64,000 nt of DNA, from the NCBI GenBank assembly GCA_041687035.1, contig JAWLCS010000010.1, forward strand, positions 17,624 to 81,623, given 5' to 3'. The notes under the pieces are model-generated. The model worked only from the letters and a program-made list of their open reading frames with translations, did not search any database and was not told the origin of the DNA. Both the position numbers and the translations under genes were made by a program. The DNA comes from Bacteroidales bacterium (GTDB lineage: Bacteria > Bacteroidota > Bacteroidia > Bacteroidales > UBA7960). The first letter of the stretch is position 1. Each line of letters starts with the position of its first letter. This document shows, one piece after another, positions 37,767 through 47,474 of the stretch.

Positions 37767-38027
37767 CTATTTCTGCTTGAGGTGTTTCTGGTACTTGGTG
37801 CGGAATTTATCAACACGTCCTGCGGTATCAACAAGCTGTTGTTTACCAGTATAAAATGGGTGCGAGGTGTGCGAAATTTCCAGTTTCACCAGGGGGTATT
37901 CCTTGCCGTCTTCCCAAACAATGGTTTCCTTGGTGGCAGCCGTTGAGCGGGTAATAAATGCGTATTCGTTCGACATGTCCTTAAAAACAACGAAACGATA
38001 ATCTTTAGGATGGATATCTTTTCTCAT
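37767..38027 (-). CDS. rpmE2: 50S ribosomal protein L31, type B (Cys-less)
   Basis: [17 protein letters not shown]...HPFYTGKQ. There is no CxxC zinc motif. Start set at the internal ATG 38027, because the 23-aa N-terminal extension in the track is not L31-like. Confidence 0.85.
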   Translation of the reverse strand: MRKDIHPKDYRFVVFKDMSNEYAFITRSTAATKETIVWEDGKEYPLVKLEISHTSHPFYTGKQQLVDTAGRVDKFRTKYQKHLKQK

Positions 38028-38338
38028 AATTCTTTTTGTTTTTTGAAGCCTGTCAGCGACCTGAAGTGTTGAATCCCAAATGCGGCGGTGCTTCAAAAGT
38101 TATTGTTAAACAGCCCGATTTAATGCTTTTTTGTTTATTTGATCCTGACAAACTTCTTTGCTTGTTTTTCAGGACTGCAAAGATAGAAATTATTTTCTGA
38201 ATTTAAAACCAGGCCGGAAAAGTTTTTTAAAAAATGTATTTGGGTTACCAATGGCTTTCAACAAAGGTAATTTTTTCACATGCAAAATAAAAAAGGCCGG
38301 TAAAACGACCAGCCTTTTCAAGTATTTATAAATTAACG

Positions 38339-39583
38339 TTAATCCAGCGTATGCACCACCAGCCCGCTGCGTAGCTTGGGTTCGAACCAAGTAGTTTTCG
38401 GGGGCATAATGTTGCCGGTATCGGCAATATCGAGCAGTTGTTTCATGCTCACCGGGTACAGGGCAAAGGCCACAGCCATTTCGCCGCTGTCCACACGGCG
38501 CTTGAGCTCACCAAGGCCACGGATGCCACCCACAAAGTCGATCCGCTTGTCGGTTCGCAGGTTCTTGATGCCCAAAATCTCATCCAGAACAAGATTTGAA
38601 AGAATGGTCACATCCAGCACCCCAATCGGATCATTATCGTCGTAAGTTCCGGGTTTGGCTTCCATTGCGTACCATTTGCCATCGAGGTACATTGTAAAAA
38701 CATGCAACTTTTCAGGTTTCAGTTCAAGATGCCCTTTTTCTTCCACCACAAAATCCTTATTCAGCTTTGCAAGAAATTCTTCTTTGCTCAGGCCGTTAAG
38801 GTCTTTCACCACGCGATTGTAATCGATAATTGTTAACTGGTTGTCGGGGAATAATACAGCCATAAAAAAGTTGTACTCTTCTTCTCCGGTGTGGCTGGGG
38901 TTGTTTTTCTTTTTCTCAGCCCCCACCAGTGCAGCCGCAGCAGTGCGGTGGTGGCCATCGGCCACATAGAATGCGGGCACTTCGGCGAACAAATCTTCGA
39001 GGGTTTTTATGGTGGCATCGTCTTCAATTACCCAAAACGTATGTCCGAATCCATCGTCGGCCACAAAGTCATATTCGGGCGCATTTTTGGTAATACCGGC
39101 CACAATGGCATCAATTTCGGCCACAGCCGGGTAGGTAAAGAACACAGGCTCGGCATTGGCATTGACTACGCGCACGTGTTTCATGCGGTCTTCCTCTTTG
39201 TCGGGTCGGGTCAATTCATGCTTCTTTATGATGTCGTTCAGGTAATCCTCAACGCCTGCACAACCCACAATGCCATACTGTATTTTCTTATCCCAGGTCT
39301 GGGCATAAACGTAAAAGTTACGCTTGGGGTCCTGCTGCAAATAACCCTTGTTTGTGAATTTCTTGAAATTCTCGAGGGCCTTATCGTACACCTCTTTCGA
39401 ATACAGGTTAGTGCCTTCGGGTAGTTCAACTTCGGGTTTTACCACACGGAGGAAGCTATAAGGGTTGTCGCCGGCCTCTTCGCGGGCTTCTTTCGAATTC
39501 AGTACGTCATAAGGTCTGGAAGCCAAATCTTTCACGATCTCCCTGGGGGGACGCCAGCCTTTGAAAGGTTTTAAAATCGCCAT
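38339..39583 (-). CDS. DUF1015 family protein
   Basis: 414 aa. MAILKPFKGWRP...RPYDV and ADGHHR motifs are typical of DUF1015, recalled from memory. Confidence 0.7.
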   Translation of the reverse strand: MAILKPFKGWRPPREIVKDLASRPYDVLNSKEAREEAGDNPYSFLRVVKPEVELPEGTNLYSKEVYDKALENFKKFTNKGYLQQDPKRNFYVYAQTWDKKIQYGIVGCAGVEDYLNDIIKKHELTRPDKEEDRMKHVRVVNANAEPVFFTYPAVAEIDAIVAGITKNAPEYDFVADDGFGHTFWVIEDDATIKTLEDLFAEVPAFYVADGHHRTAAAALVGAEKKKNNPSHTGEEEYNFFMAVLFPDNQLTIIDYNRVVKDLNGLSKEEFLAKLNKDFVVEEKGHLELKPEKLHVFTMYLDGKWYAMEAKPGTYDDNDPIGVLDVTILSNLVLDEILGIKNLRTDKRIDFVGGIRGLGELKRRVDSGEMAVAFALYPVSMKQLLDIADTGNIMPPKTTWFEPKLRSGLVVHTLD

Positions 39584-39606
39584 CTAATTAAATTATTAAG
39601 GTATTA

Positions 39607-40530
39607 CTACTTGTTTACTTTAAAGGTAACGTCGCCTTTTTCGAAAAATGCCACGATCTGCTTTGCGGCGGCAATGCCGGCATTGATATTGGCTTCGGAG
39701 GTCTGGGCGCCCATTTTCTTGGCCGTAAAAACCACCCTTTCGGGGAATTTAGCTTCAAAATCGGCCCTGATGTCGGGTGCAATATCAGATACGTAGCGGA
39801 AATCTTCACGCTCCTCCATAAACTTAAGCAAGCCTTCCTCGTCAATCACTTCCTTGCGGGCAGTGTTCACCAGCATGCCTTTTTTAGGCAGCAACTGTAG
39901 CAACTCGTAATTGATCGATTTTTTGGTCTTGTCATTGGCCGGGATGTGCAGCGAAATATACTGGCAGGTTTTGTAGAGTTCTTCCACGCTGTCAACAGCT
40001 ATCACATTATCCTTTTCAATGTCTTCTTTCTTCACGAAGGGATCAAAGGCATAAACCTGCATGCCGAATCCGCTGGCTATCTCAGCCACGTATTTGCCCA
40101 CGTTGCCATAAGCATGAATACCAATAGACTTTCCACGTAACTCCGTGCCCGAGGCACCACTGAAAGCGCCCCTGATCGAATACAGCATCATGGCGAAAGC
40201 AAGCTCGGCCACGGCATTGGAGTTTTGCCCAGGGGTGTTCATAGCCACTACGCCTTTGTCGTTGCAGGCCTGCAGGTCTATGTTGTCGTAGCCGGCGCCG
40301 GCCCTGACAATAATTTTCACCGAAGGAGCAGCTTCAATTACCTCGCGGGTGGCTTTGTCGCTGCGAATGATCATGGCGTCAGCCTTGGCAGCAGCTTCCT
40401 TGAGCTCATCAACACTGGTATATTTCTCAAGCAGGATCATTTCATATCCGGCCTCATCCAGCACTGTCTTTATCCCGTTTACAGCCACGGGAGCAAAAGG
40501 CTTTTCGGTTGCAACCAGTACTTTTTTCAT
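39607..40530 (-). CDS. D-3-phosphoglycerate dehydrogenase-like 2-hydroxyacid dehydrogenase
   Basis: 307 aa with GAGYDNID and GIHAYGNVG (NAD-binding GxGxxG). Lacks an ACT domain. Adjacent to serC. Confidence 0.75.
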   Translation of the reverse strand: MKKVLVATEKPFAPVAVNGIKTVLDEAGYEMILLEKYTSVDELKEAAAKADAMIIRSDKATREVIEAAPSVKIIVRAGAGYDNIDLQACNDKGVVAMNTPGQNSNAVAELAFAMMLYSIRGAFSGASGTELRGKSIGIHAYGNVGKYVAEIASGFGMQVYAFDPFVKKEDIEKDNVIAVDSVEELYKTCQYISLHIPANDKTKKSINYELLQLLPKKGMLVNTARKEVIDEEGLLKFMEEREDFRYVSDIAPDIRADFEAKFPERVVFTAKKMGAQTSEANINAGIAAAKQIVAFFEKGDVTFKVNK

Positions 40531-40691
40531 AATAAATTATTTTGAGTTAATTTTTTAAAAAGCTATTTCACTGAAGTGTAATTTGTGCCTCCCCTGTTAA
40601 TTTGTGAATAAGAATATGCTTTTACACAAAGTTTCCAAAGAAGGCACAAGAAACACAAAAGGTTTTGGGTCTACTACTCGTTGGCCTTAAC

Positions 40692-41765
40692 TTACTTGGC
40701 ATGCATTTTTTCGAACTCCTGCATGGCTTCTACCAGTGCCACCACGCTTTCACGCGCCAGCGCATTATAGGTCGATGCCCTGAAACCACCCACCGAACGG
40801 TGTCCTTTCAGTCCGCTCATTCCTTTTTTTCCTGTAAAGGAGAGAAATTCGGCCTGCAGTTCTTCGTACTCGGGCTTAAACACAAAGCAAATATTCATTA
40901 TCGAACGGCTTTCTTTCTCGGCAGTTCCCATAAACATTGAGTTGCGGTCAATCTCATCATACAGCAACTGAGCCTTTTCATGGTTCATTTTCTGCATCAC
41001 TTCCAGTCCGCCAAGCTTCTTGAGCCAACGCAGGGTTTCCATGCAGGTATAAACGGGCAGACAAGGAGGCGTGTTGAACATGCTACCATTGTCAATGTGC
41101 GTTTTGTAGTTGAGCATGGTGGGGATGGTGCGATCTACCTTCCCAAGAATATCTTCGCGAACGATCACAAAGGTAACGCCGGCTGGCCCGAGGTTCTTCT
41201 GAGCACCCCCATAAATGAGGGCATATTTTGACATGTCGAGCGGACGGCTGAAAATATCAGACGACATATCGGCCACCAGTGGTACAGGGCTGTCAAAATC
41301 TTCAAAAATTTCAGTGCCGTAAATGGTGTTGTTTGTAGTAATATGAAAATAGTCGGCATCAGCAGGAATGGTCCACCCTTTCGGGATATAGCTGAAGTTC
41401 TTGTCGGCCGAGGAGCCAATCACTTCAACTTCACCAAACTGCTTGGCTTCCTTAATGGCTTTCTTGGCCCACACACCGGTTTCGAGGTAAGCGGCCTTTT
41501 TGCCCAGCAGGTTGTAAGGCACCATAGCAAACTGCATGCTGGCGCCACCACCCAGGAAAAGCACCTGGTAGCCTTCGGGAATGTTCAACACTTCTTTAAA
41601 AAGGGCCACAGCCTCATCCATAACTGCCTGGAAATCTTTGCCACGGTGCGATACTTCCATAATGGACAAACCACTGCCATTGAAATCAAGAACTGCTTTG
41701 GCGGTGTTTTCGATTACCTCGCGTGCCAACACCGAGGGTCCTGCGCTAAAATTATGCTTTTTCAT
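40692..41765 (-). CDS. serC: phosphoserine aminotransferase
   Basis: 357 aa with NFSAGPSVL at the N-terminus and [12 protein letters not shown] (PLP lysine region). Size is typical. Confidence 0.9.
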   Translation of the reverse strand: MKKHNFSAGPSVLAREVIENTAKAVLDFNGSGLSIMEVSHRGKDFQAVMDEAVALFKEVLNIPEGYQVLFLGGGASMQFAMVPYNLLGKKAAYLETGVWAKKAIKEAKQFGEVEVIGSSADKNFSYIPKGWTIPADADYFHITTNNTIYGTEIFEDFDSPVPLVADMSSDIFSRPLDMSKYALIYGGAQKNLGPAGVTFVIVREDILGKVDRTIPTMLNYKTHIDNGSMFNTPPCLPVYTCMETLRWLKKLGGLEVMQKMNHEKAQLLYDEIDRNSMFMGTAEKESRSIMNICFVFKPEYEELQAEFLSFTGKKGMSGLKGHRSVGGFRASTYNALARESVVALVEAMQEFEKMHAK

Positions 41766-41981
41766 TACTAATGATGTTTTAGAGTGTTTTAAAAACAGGT
41801 TTTATTGGAAAATTTAATTTAAATCCATATCCGCCCTTTCAAAAAAAGGAAAACATTCACCAAAAGAAACTAACAGGAAACAGCGGCCCAAAACCGACGG
41901 ACCCGGTTTGTCATCTCCTCCGCAAAGTTGGCAAATTTAAACCATACAAAAAAGAAAAACAGCCATATTTATCGCTTTTCT

Positions 41982-42896
41982 TTATGGGTTTTGGGGAGGG
42001 TTCAGTGGCACCAGCGAGGGGTCGATAACCACCCTTGCATCTACATCCGGAACAAATTCCCATCGGCCATCATTAAACCTGAACCCGTCGAAAACATTGA
42101 CTTCAGGCACGTATTGACTGTAATTTCCACGAAGACTCTCGTGGGTGGGCGATAGCCTGTCGAAAATGATCATGGGAACGGTGCGTCGACGCCCCACCAC
42201 GAAATCGGGGTGATACCTCAGGCTCATACTCACCCGGGCCGAATACTCGAAAATAATGCGGTAGGGCTTGCGCTGGCCGCTGTCGAATACCTGTGCGCCA
42301 AATACGGGTCCGGTTTCGGTAATCCTAAAAGGCTCAATGACCCTTTTGCGTGTAGCCGGATTGTCACCCTTCCAGCCCAGAAAGGTGTAATAATCCTTCC
42401 TGCGATACCTAAGGTGGATCAACTCATAATAATAAGCGCCATACCATTCGTTTTGGCCTAATTCACGAGCAGAGACCTGAGCAAGCATCGCAGTCATATC
42501 ATTTAGTGCAAACAATTGCCCTTGTTGCCTCCTCGTGGGGGCCACCTGAACAAAACCAAAATATTGAAACCCGCCGCTAAGCAGGGGTACATACCAGGTT
42601 GCAATACGAAATTCACCATCGGGGCTGTGCAAAAACGAAACGGTAAGCACCGAGTCAAACCGGTTGGTTAAGGTGCTGTCGAGCAACAAGGCCTCACGAA
42701 GGGCGACCTTAAAAGCGGCATTCCTTGCCAGGCGTTCCTGGTCATCCCTGGGTTCGATGATCAACATGGCCATCCTGTGAAGCGAATCCTCGAGGGCGGC
42801 AAATTCATTAACAATAATATCCTGTTGTTTCTGAGCAAAAGCTGGGGCCATCGCCAGGCACCATAAAAAAATCCACATCAAGAGTTTCCGCAGCAT
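41982..42896 (-). CDS. hypothetical secreted protein
   Basis: 304 aa with signal peptide MLRKLLMWIFLWCLAMAPAFAQ. No recognised motif. Confidence 0.45.
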   Translation of the reverse strand: MLRKLLMWIFLWCLAMAPAFAQKQQDIIVNEFAALEDSLHRMAMLIIEPRDDQERLARNAAFKVALREALLLDSTLTNRFDSVLTVSFLHSPDGEFRIATWYVPLLSGGFQYFGFVQVAPTRRQQGQLFALNDMTAMLAQVSARELGQNEWYGAYYYELIHLRYRRKDYYTFLGWKGDNPATRKRVIEPFRITETGPVFGAQVFDSGQRKPYRIIFEYSARVSMSLRYHPDFVVGRRRTVPMIIFDRLSPTHESLRGNYSQYVPEVNVFDGFRFNDGRWEFVPDVDARVVIDPSLVPLNPPQNP

Positions 42897-42986
42897 AGGC
42901 CTGGTTTTAATTTTTAGGAATAAACGCTTATCTTCGTTTTAATGTTGCAAAGATAAGAAGGTGAAATACTTTTCAAAGCCACAAAC

Positions 42987-44069
42987 ATGCCACTGACCAT
43001 CGACAAGCGCATTAAGGCCTTTTCCATACTGGGAAAAGAGTTAAAAACCATTGCCGCAGCCCTTGGCAGCGGCTACGAAAGCCAGGTCGCAGGGCCTGCT
43101 GCCAAAAAGCTTTTTCGTGAAGCACAGGAAGCACCCGGCTACAACCCCTGGTTTACGGCCGAAAATGTGAGAAGCGCCATTGAGGCCCTGGGAGAAATGC
43201 TCGAAGAAAAAAAGCTGATAAAATGGATTGACAATTATCCTGATCTGCTCTCACCAAAAGATTTCATCAGCCGAAAAGTGGCCGTGATCATGGCAGGCAA
43301 CATTCCGATGGTGGGATTTCATGACTTTTTGTGCGTGCTAGTGGCAGGGCATCAGTTTCTGGGAAAACTATCTTCTCAGGACAACAGGCTGCCTGTGGCC
43401 CTGGGCGAGCTGCTCACAGAGATCGAACCTGCTTTCCGCGAAAGCGTTACCATGGCCGAAAACACTATCAGCGGCTTTGATGCGGTAATTGCCACCGGCA
43501 GCAACAACAGCGCCCGCTATTTCGAATATTACTTTGGTCGGCATCCGCACATAATACGGAAAAACCGCAACTCAGTAGCGATTTTGGAGGGTGACGAGCG
43601 CCTTGAGGAATTGCAGCAACTGGGCACTGACGTGTTTTCGTTTTTTGGGCTGGGCTGCCGCAACGTTTCCAAACTGCTGGTGCCCGAAGGATATGATTTT
43701 TCTGCCTTGAAAAAGGCGTGGAAGACTTATGAAAAAGTGGCACATAACCACAAATACTTCAACAATTACGAATATTTCAAGGCCATTTACATTGTGAACC
43801 GCACGCCGCATGCCGATACCGGCTTTTGTTTGCTGAAGCATGACGCCGCGCTATCATCGCCCGTTTCGGTAGTCCACTTCGAAGAATATACTTCGAAGGA
43901 ATGGCTGAGAAAGCACCTTGAGAAAGAGGCCGGCAACATTCAGTGCATTGTGCAACGCGAAAAAGAAAAGGGCACCTTAGCGGTACCCTTTGGCCAAAGC
44001 CAGCAACCCGATTTATGGGATTATGCCGACGGAATCGACACCCTGGCCTTTCTTATAAATTTATCCTGA
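42987..44069 (+). CDS. acyl-CoA reductase (LuxC)-like protein
   Basis: 360 aa. Overall resemblance to LuxC-family acyl-CoA reductases common in Bacteroidota (IMAGNIPMVGFHD, GLGCRNVSK with a candidate catalytic Cys). Call is by memory. Confidence 0.55.
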   Translation: MPLTIDKRIKAFSILGKELKTIAAALGSGYESQVAGPAAKKLFREAQEAPGYNPWFTAENVRSAIEALGEMLEEKKLIKWIDNYPDLLSPKDFISRKVAVIMAGNIPMVGFHDFLCVLVAGHQFLGKLSSQDNRLPVALGELLTEIEPAFRESVTMAENTISGFDAVIATGSNNSARYFEYYFGRHPHIIRKNRNSVAILEGDERLEELQQLGTDVFSFFGLGCRNVSKLLVPEGYDFSALKKAWKTYEKVAHNHKYFNNYEYFKAIYIVNRTPHADTGFCLLKHDAALSSPVSVVHFEEYTSKEWLRKHLEKEAGNIQCIVQREKEKGTLAVPFGQSQQPDLWDYADGIDTLAFLINLS

Positions 44070-44076
44070 AGTTTTT

Positions 44077-46500
44077 CTAAAATTGCAGGAAGGTGATCTG
44101 CCCACTGCGATCGATGCCCTCGAGTCTGAAGCGCAGGTCCTGACCACCATTGTAATATGGAATGCGTACCCTAACCCTGCCGTTCACATCGGGCGTAATA
44201 TTGGGCGCCCATAAAATAGTTCGCGGAACCTGGCTTTCGTCAAATTTTCTTACTTCAATTCTAGAAATAAAAAATTCGCGGGGTACCTGGTAGCCCATGA
44301 ACTGGTATTCGTAAGAATATTGCTGCATATGTGAGGCTCGACGGGTATAAATAAGGAGTGCCCCATTGCCTCCCCTGCTTCCAAGGATAGCGCTACTGGG
44401 GCCTCTGAGGACTGCAATCCTCTCTACTTCGGGCACAGGTATATTCAAAAAGCCAAAACGGTCAACCTGCACATCATCAACAAAAAACATTGGCTCACTA
44501 CTCAGCATAATACTAGAAGGCCCTCTGAGAGTAATTTCTCCTCCAATAATAGCTAACCCAGTAACCCGGTCCCTAAGGATTTCTAAAACATTAGAATAAT
44601 TCACTGTCAGATCTTCGATGTAAATTACCTGATCGGGGGTTCCAAACAAGCTTGGACTTTTAGTGTCCCTTTGCGGCACCTCCCGGTTAAACAACCGGCT
44701 GAAAAATCCTGGACGGCTTCTTCGCTGCCAATCGGGGCCTTGTATAGTATTTTGGTGCATTCTGGTGTTTAAATTGAGTTCAAAGGAAGAATTTCGGTGA
44801 GTGCCGCCAAATAAATCTACCTTGTATATTCGCCCTCGCATGTCGCGCTCTACCGAAAGCAGGCCAGTAAAAGCATTCTCGAAAAAAAGCTCGGTAAAAG
44901 CAAAATACCCTTCCGGATCTGTTTTAGTATTAATAATTCTTCGATTCTCTGCGTAACCAACTGACAGCTCCAAATTTAATTCACCTGTAGGCTTGGACGA
45001 GGATACCGGCGTAACCTGTCCCGCAATTGATAAGCCTCGGGTCTCATTGAACTTAATTTCCGGAAAGCGGCCATCCAAAAGATTATCCCACGAAAACCGT
45101 CGCCAGCCATGGGTTAACATTAGTATATCGAGGGCTTTCAACTTTTCTTCGTCAACCCCCGAAAAGTAATACCACGGATTTTTTATTGTCTTTCCAAAGT
45201 CGCTTGACAGCAAAAGATAAGTTAAAATATTGGATTCGTAAGAATCATTGTGTCCGTGGGCTTCTGTAACCGCAAGAGAATAACTAGCCTGGGAAAGTGA
45301 ATGGTCTCTACCTGCATCGAACCAGAAATCGACCACCACCAAACTATCTGAAATTGTTTGTTCGAAGGCAAGAGAAGAACCAACCTTGGTTGAAAAAGGT
45401 TTGTTGACAAACACCAACCGCTCGGCAACAGGAATTTCATTCGGTCCGAAAAGCGTAAAGTGAGTTATACCCTCGGGAAAAATTTCAACAAGAACATCCA
45501 CACTGAAAGTGCCGTCCGAAAGTCTGGCCTTTTCAATAAAGTATACCTTTCCCCTAGTATGGGCAAGCAAGGTTACCTCCGGCAAAACGCCAAAACTTTC
45601 TGGATCGAAATTTGTCAAAACCTTTACACGAAAAACCTCGGCATTGGGCTCAACCCTTAACAGATACCCCTGTGACAAGGCATCAGGCAACCCAACAGAC
45701 AATCTTTGACCGTTGCTGAAGACGACCTGCGCACTATATTTTTCTGATGGCTCCGGGTTAAGAAAGAAGTATCCCATCCCATCGTGTATGGTTTCAAAAA
45801 AAGCCACCTCATTACCTTGGCTGTCAACCACCACACCTTTAGCCTGCTGACCTTCCCCCAGGTCGTTAGCTGCTTTAAAGGCCACCCTGTTTTCCAGACC
45901 AACTAACATATTGCCACCTTCAGGAAAAAAAGCAAACTGCATTTGCTCCTGTTTTTCGGACAAAGAGGAATTAAAACGTATATTCCGGCGAAACTCGGCT
46001 GAAGTGGCGTAATTCACTTCCTGTTTGTTGTGCACAAAAATATCCTTACGAAATAAAAAATCCCGATGAAAGTTGTTCATCCAGCTTGTATAGGCTTTAA
46101 TCTGGTAATTTCCATCAGGCATGGAATCGCTTAGCTGAAAGTCACCGTTTGAGAAACCGTCACGTAAGAGTATTATCTTGAAATCGACCACCTCATTACG
46201 GGTATTAACCAACTCAACAAAGAGGTTGGTACTTGACGTATCAGGCATGTGAGTATGCGCTGACATTAAATATGCCTTAAACCAGATGCTTTCGCCGGCC
46301 AGATATTCGCTTTTGTCCGTATGCAGATACACTTTTTGCTGTGGGTACAATCGGGTAAAATCCAACAGCTTCTGATATGGCTTAACCTGCTCTGAATTTT
46401 CAGCGACGGGGGAGTCAGGCGAACTACTGTAAGCAATAGTTGCTGTACCCAATTTGGCAATAAGAATCAAAAAAAAGAATAATTTTAAAATTGATCGCAT
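44077..46500 (-). CDS. secreted protein with MG2-like N-terminal region and TonB-receptor plug-like C-terminal region
   Basis: 807 aa with a signal peptide. YLHTDKSEYLAGESIWFKAYL resembles an alpha-2-macroglobulin MG2 motif. The C-terminal VERIAVLRGPSSAILGSRGGNGALLIYT resembles a Plug domain, and no barrel follows. Confidence 0.5.
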   Translation of the reverse strand: MRSILKLFFFLILIAKLGTATIAYSSSPDSPVAENSEQVKPYQKLLDFTRLYPQQKVYLHTDKSEYLAGESIWFKAYLMSAHTHMPDTSSTNLFVELVNTRNEVVDFKIILLRDGFSNGDFQLSDSMPDGNYQIKAYTSWMNNFHRDFLFRKDIFVHNKQEVNYATSAEFRRNIRFNSSLSEKQEQMQFAFFPEGGNMLVGLENRVAFKAANDLGEGQQAKGVVVDSQGNEVAFFETIHDGMGYFFLNPEPSEKYSAQVVFSNGQRLSVGLPDALSQGYLLRVEPNAEVFRVKVLTNFDPESFGVLPEVTLLAHTRGKVYFIEKARLSDGTFSVDVLVEIFPEGITHFTLFGPNEIPVAERLVFVNKPFSTKVGSSLAFEQTISDSLVVVDFWFDAGRDHSLSQASYSLAVTEAHGHNDSYESNILTYLLLSSDFGKTIKNPWYYFSGVDEEKLKALDILMLTHGWRRFSWDNLLDGRFPEIKFNETRGLSIAGQVTPVSSSKPTGELNLELSVGYAENRRIINTKTDPEGYFAFTELFFENAFTGLLSVERDMRGRIYKVDLFGGTHRNSSFELNLNTRMHQNTIQGPDWQRRSRPGFFSRLFNREVPQRDTKSPSLFGTPDQVIYIEDLTVNYSNVLEILRDRVTGLAIIGGEITLRGPSSIMLSSEPMFFVDDVQVDRFGFLNIPVPEVERIAVLRGPSSAILGSRGGNGALLIYTRRASHMQQYSYEYQFMGYQVPREFFISRIEVRKFDESQVPRTILWAPNITPDVNGRVRVRIPYYNGGQDLRFRLEGIDRSGQITFLQF

Positions 46501-46771
46501 GATACAGTCTCCTTTTTTTTAAACAATAAAACCCCAGACAACCACAACATTTAATTGGAAAAGATAGTTATTTTGCTAAAAATTTCCTAAAAAACCCAAC
46601 CTTTTATTTCTTTTAATATTAAACCCCAAAGCAATAATTAAAGTTTAAATTCTGTGCTGAAAATTTTAGGCTGAATCATGAAATTATACCTACCTTGATT
46701 GCCACTGCAAATTGCAAAAGCCCCCCTGATTCATTATATTTGTGGTTTATGCATCATTAAGGGAAACCGTT

Positions 46772-47473
46772 ATGAGCAGAGAATTTCTTTACCTTATGGC
46801 CTTGGGCAGTCTGGTGATCATGCTTTCCTTTCTGTCCGGAAGTGATCCTTATTTAGCCAGCCGTCAGCAGATGGTGAATGAGCAGATTCGTGCCCGCGGT
46901 ATCGATCACCAACTCACCCTCGAAGCCATGAAGCGGGTGCCCCGCCACCGCTTTGTGCCAAGCGATCAGCAGCGCTTTGCTTATGCCGACAGGCCGCTGC
47001 CTATCGGCTACGGACAAACCATTTCGCAGCCATACATTGTGGCCTATATGACGCAGATCATCGATCCCAAGCCCCATCACAAGGTACTTGAAATAGGCAC
47101 CGGCTCGGGCTATCAGGCTGCCATACTTGCCGAAATTGTTGAACATGTTTATACCATAGAGATCGTTCCGGAGTTGGGCCGCTCTGCCAGCCGCCTGCTC
47201 AATGAGTTGTACCACAACATCAGCATAAAAATTGCCGACGGCTACCACGGCTGGGAGGAAGCCGGACCTTTTGACGCCATCGTGGTAACCGCCGCGGCCG
47301 GCACCATTCCACCACCATTGATCGAACAGTTGAAAGAGGGAGGGAAAATGATCATCCCGGTGGGCTCTCCATACATGACCCAGCAGTTAATGCTGGTAGA
47401 AAAGCGCAGCCGTCGTTACACCACTCGCAGCCTAATGCCGGTGCGCTTTGTTCCCTTCAGAAGGAGCGAATAG
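46772..47473 (+). CDS. pcm: protein-L-isoaspartate O-methyltransferase with N-terminal hydrophobic segment
   Basis: VPRHRFVP, QTISQPYIVA and LEIGTGSGYQAA motifs. Start at ATG 46772 (track start is GTG 46742). The N-terminal LYLMALGSLVIMLSFL looks like a signal or anchor. Confidence 0.85.
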   Translation: MSREFLYLMALGSLVIMLSFLSGSDPYLASRQQMVNEQIRARGIDHQLTLEAMKRVPRHRFVPSDQQRFAYADRPLPIGYGQTISQPYIVAYMTQIIDPKPHHKVLEIGTGSGYQAAILAEIVEHVYTIEIVPELGRSASRLLNELYHNISIKIADGYHGWEEAGPFDAIVVTAAAGTIPPPLIEQLKEGGKMIIPVGSPYMTQQLMLVEKRSRRYTTRSLMPVRFVPFRRSE

Positions 47474-47474
47474 G

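Noticed and set aside
38190-38390. 66-aa minus-strand ORF between rpmE2 and the DUF1015 gene
   Set aside because: It overlaps the DUF1015 stop and its terminator hairpin (about 38291..38320). No features support coding.
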